DNA from: Limisphaerales bacterium | Lineage (GTDB): Bacteria; Verrucomicrobiota; Verrucomicrobiia; Limisphaerales; SIBE01 | Direction: 5' to 3' | NCBI GenBank assembly: GCA_044225505.1 | Contig: JBGAIN010000007.1 | Coordinates: 62,001-124,523 of the forward strand | DNA length: 62,523 bases | Shown: positions 47,801 through 50,800 of the stretch, in pieces | Layout: each line of letters opens with the position of its first letter | Position numbering within the stretch: position 1 is the stretch's first letter | Notes under the pieces: generated by a model | What the model was told of the DNA's origin: nothing | Seen by the model: only the letters and a program-made list of their open reading frames with translations | Database searches by the model: none | Translations under genes and position numbers: made by a program

Positions 47801-50800
47801 TTGGGTCGTTCCCTGCCCCGCATTCTGAGGCAACGCCTGGGAATGCACGGTCAGCCCGCCGTTACTGGTATCACCAACCAACCGGAACTCTGGAGTCCAT
47901 TGGGTCAGTTCCCCAGGGGCGGCAAACAACTCCACCTCCGAACCGCCGCCCCTTTCGAAAAAGACTAGCTCCAGGTCATACTCACCCGCCGCCGCAAAGT
48001 CGACCGTCAGCAAGTCCGTGCTTGGAGCTCTGAGGCCCGTAAAGCTCTTCTCTTGACCGTTCACGCGCAAACGGAAGCCGTCGTCGCTATTGACGCCGAA
48101 CGTCCATTTGCCTGCGCTAGGAATGACCACCTTGCCTGAGCTAACCGTGACAAAATCATCGACTATTCCCCCCGGGAAGAGGCGGTTCCCCACCGAATAG
48201 AGGCCTTCGTTGCCCGCCTCGATATAGTTAATCAAAGCGGAATTGTCATTGATCACCCTGGAATACCTTTGTGAGTCTCCGATGATCGCCAAGGCCGTGG
48301 CCAGGTCATTGACCGTTTCTTTGCTCTGATAAAGTCGCGTGGCAAACCCGTTCCCATCGAAGATCGTAAACGGCGCGTTCACTTGCGCCACGACCGGGTT
48401 GATCGCCTCCACAGCCAGGATCTGTGTCAGAGACGCTAACGGCGCTGACGCCGCCGTCACCGCGAGCCCCCCATTGGCCACGTCGCCCACCAAGCGAAAC
48501 GTATTGTTGAAAGCCGTCTGGTTGCCCACAGCCGCCGACAACTCGACCGCTTCACCCCCGCCGTTGTCGAACTGGAGGAGTTCCAAATCGTATTCGCCTG
48601 CACTGGCAAAGTTCACCGTCAGCAAATCGGGCTCTCCCGCTCCGCGTAGCCCGGTAAAGGCCTTTTCCTGTCCGTTAACGCGCAATCGGAATCCGTCATC
48701 GCTGCTCACCGCAAAGGTCCATTCGCCGGCCGTCGGAATCGCGACCCGCGCCGTGGCCACGATCACGAAGTTATCCGCTGGAACCCCAGGGTAGGGCTTC
48801 GCATTCGGAAACTTCACGGCCGATCCGAACTGAACCGTTGGCGTATTGGTCAGGCTTAAATTGGTCCAGTTCCCCGCGAGCACACTCAAGGCCGCGTTGA
48901 GATCGCTCACGGCAAATCGGCTGGTATAACCCCGCACGAGAAACCCAGGCACCGTCCCGGGCAGGTTCAACGCGCTGGCCAAGAGCACCCGCACATCCGC
49001 CGGCGAGAACGTCCCCACGTTGATCGGTTCGTTAAAGTGAATCACGGCCTCATCCAGGACCGTGGTCACCGTCCCGGATGGGGTTTGCCCGGTCACGCGC
49101 GGTCCGCTCAGATCCAGGCGCACCGTTCCCGTGAACACATCGCCCGCCGCCTCCCCACCTTTCCCATCCCGGTTCTGGTCCAGGAGCGTGCCGGAAAGCC
49201 CGGCGATATTCGGGCCGATCTTGATCTGATACACGCCGTCAGCGCTCAGTGGCGTCTCCAGATTTAACCAGTAAGCGTTGCCACCGATGAGCGTGGTCGA
49301 AGCGACTCGCGGTGTTTGCGGTCCCGTGATCGAGATGTCCTCCGGACCAAACGTTAAGAGATCGATGGGCTCGGAGAACGTGACCCGCAATGCCGGGATC
49401 GGTTGCGGCGCACTCAAGGGCGTTAATCCAACGATAAATGGTCCGGGCAGTGGCACCGGCGGGGTCCCGACAAATCCAGTGTAATCGATAAAATCACTGA
49501 CCGGCAGCCCAGCCGCATTGTCATTGGCCCGCCCATCTACCCCAGAAGCATCGTTCGGACCGCCTGCCGCTCCCCACCAGTTCCCCGTCGCCACCACTTT
49601 CGTAAACGTGTCGTCCTTCATCGAACTCACCACCCCACTGCTCATGTTGGCCAAGGAAGACCCGGTTACCTCCACCGTCGAACTCCCATCCACTCGCACT
49701 CCTGTCCCCACCGAATCGATCGCGATCGCCTCGATGTCCGCCGTCGAACTACGCACCCATAAGCCGTCGCTAGGACTTCCCGAAATCCTCCCGCCACTCC
49801 ACTGCAATGTCGCCCCATCTAGAACCGCCACACCTCGGGTGTTGGACTGCAACACCGAGACATTCGCAAAGGTCGGCTTGGCAGAACCTCGGATATCAAT
49901 CGCCCCTTCGTAGGCGCCACCTCCGTAGCGCACCTCCACGTTCTCCAACACCGTCCCTTCCGCCACATTCCACAGCAGCAACGATTGCCAGTTCCCTCGC
50001 CCCGGCTGGCTGCGCGTGCCATCTCCATTGGTATCTCCACCCGCACTATCATCGGCCGTTGAGGTAAAGATAATTGGCGCTTCCGGCGTCCCTTTGGCCT
50101 CCAGGATCCCTCGATTGATGTAAAAATAGCCTCCCGACGACTTGATGATCGTGCCCGGGGTTAAAGTCAGCTTGGCTCCGCCGTTAACGTCGATGTTGCC
50201 ATAGTAAGCCATCGGCAACCCGCCGAAATCCCAGGTCCAGGTCGACTCCCCGCCCAGGCTGCCTCCCTCCAACAACACATATGCCCCACCCGGGGTGTTC
50301 CGCGCACTCAGATTCTTGTAAGTCGGCCGGGCGGCAAATCGCTGGAAGAAAGCCGCATCGTTCGCTCCGTCGACGGTAACGTTTGTCAATTGGGGTGTCC
50401 CGCTTTCGAGGTATACCCCTCGCCCACTCGACTCCTTCACCACCACGTTCGTCAGCGGCGTCTTGTTTTCCGCTCCCCGAATATCGATCGCCCCCTGGTA
50501 CCCGGCACCGCCGTAGCGCACCTCCACGTTCTCCAGCACCGTTCCTTCGGCCACATTCCATAGCAACAACGATTGCCAGTTGCCCCGCGCGGGTTGAGTC
50601 GCCGCCCCGTCGCCATTCGTATCTCCACCCGCACTATCGTCCGCATTCGAGGTGAAAATAATGGGGGCTTCTTTCGTTCCTTTGGCCTCCAGAATCCCGC
50701 GATTGATGTAAAAATAGCCCCCCGAAGATTTGATAATCGTCCCGGGCAGCAAGGTCAGCTTGGCTCCGCCGTTGACTTCGATGTTGCCATAGTAGGCCAC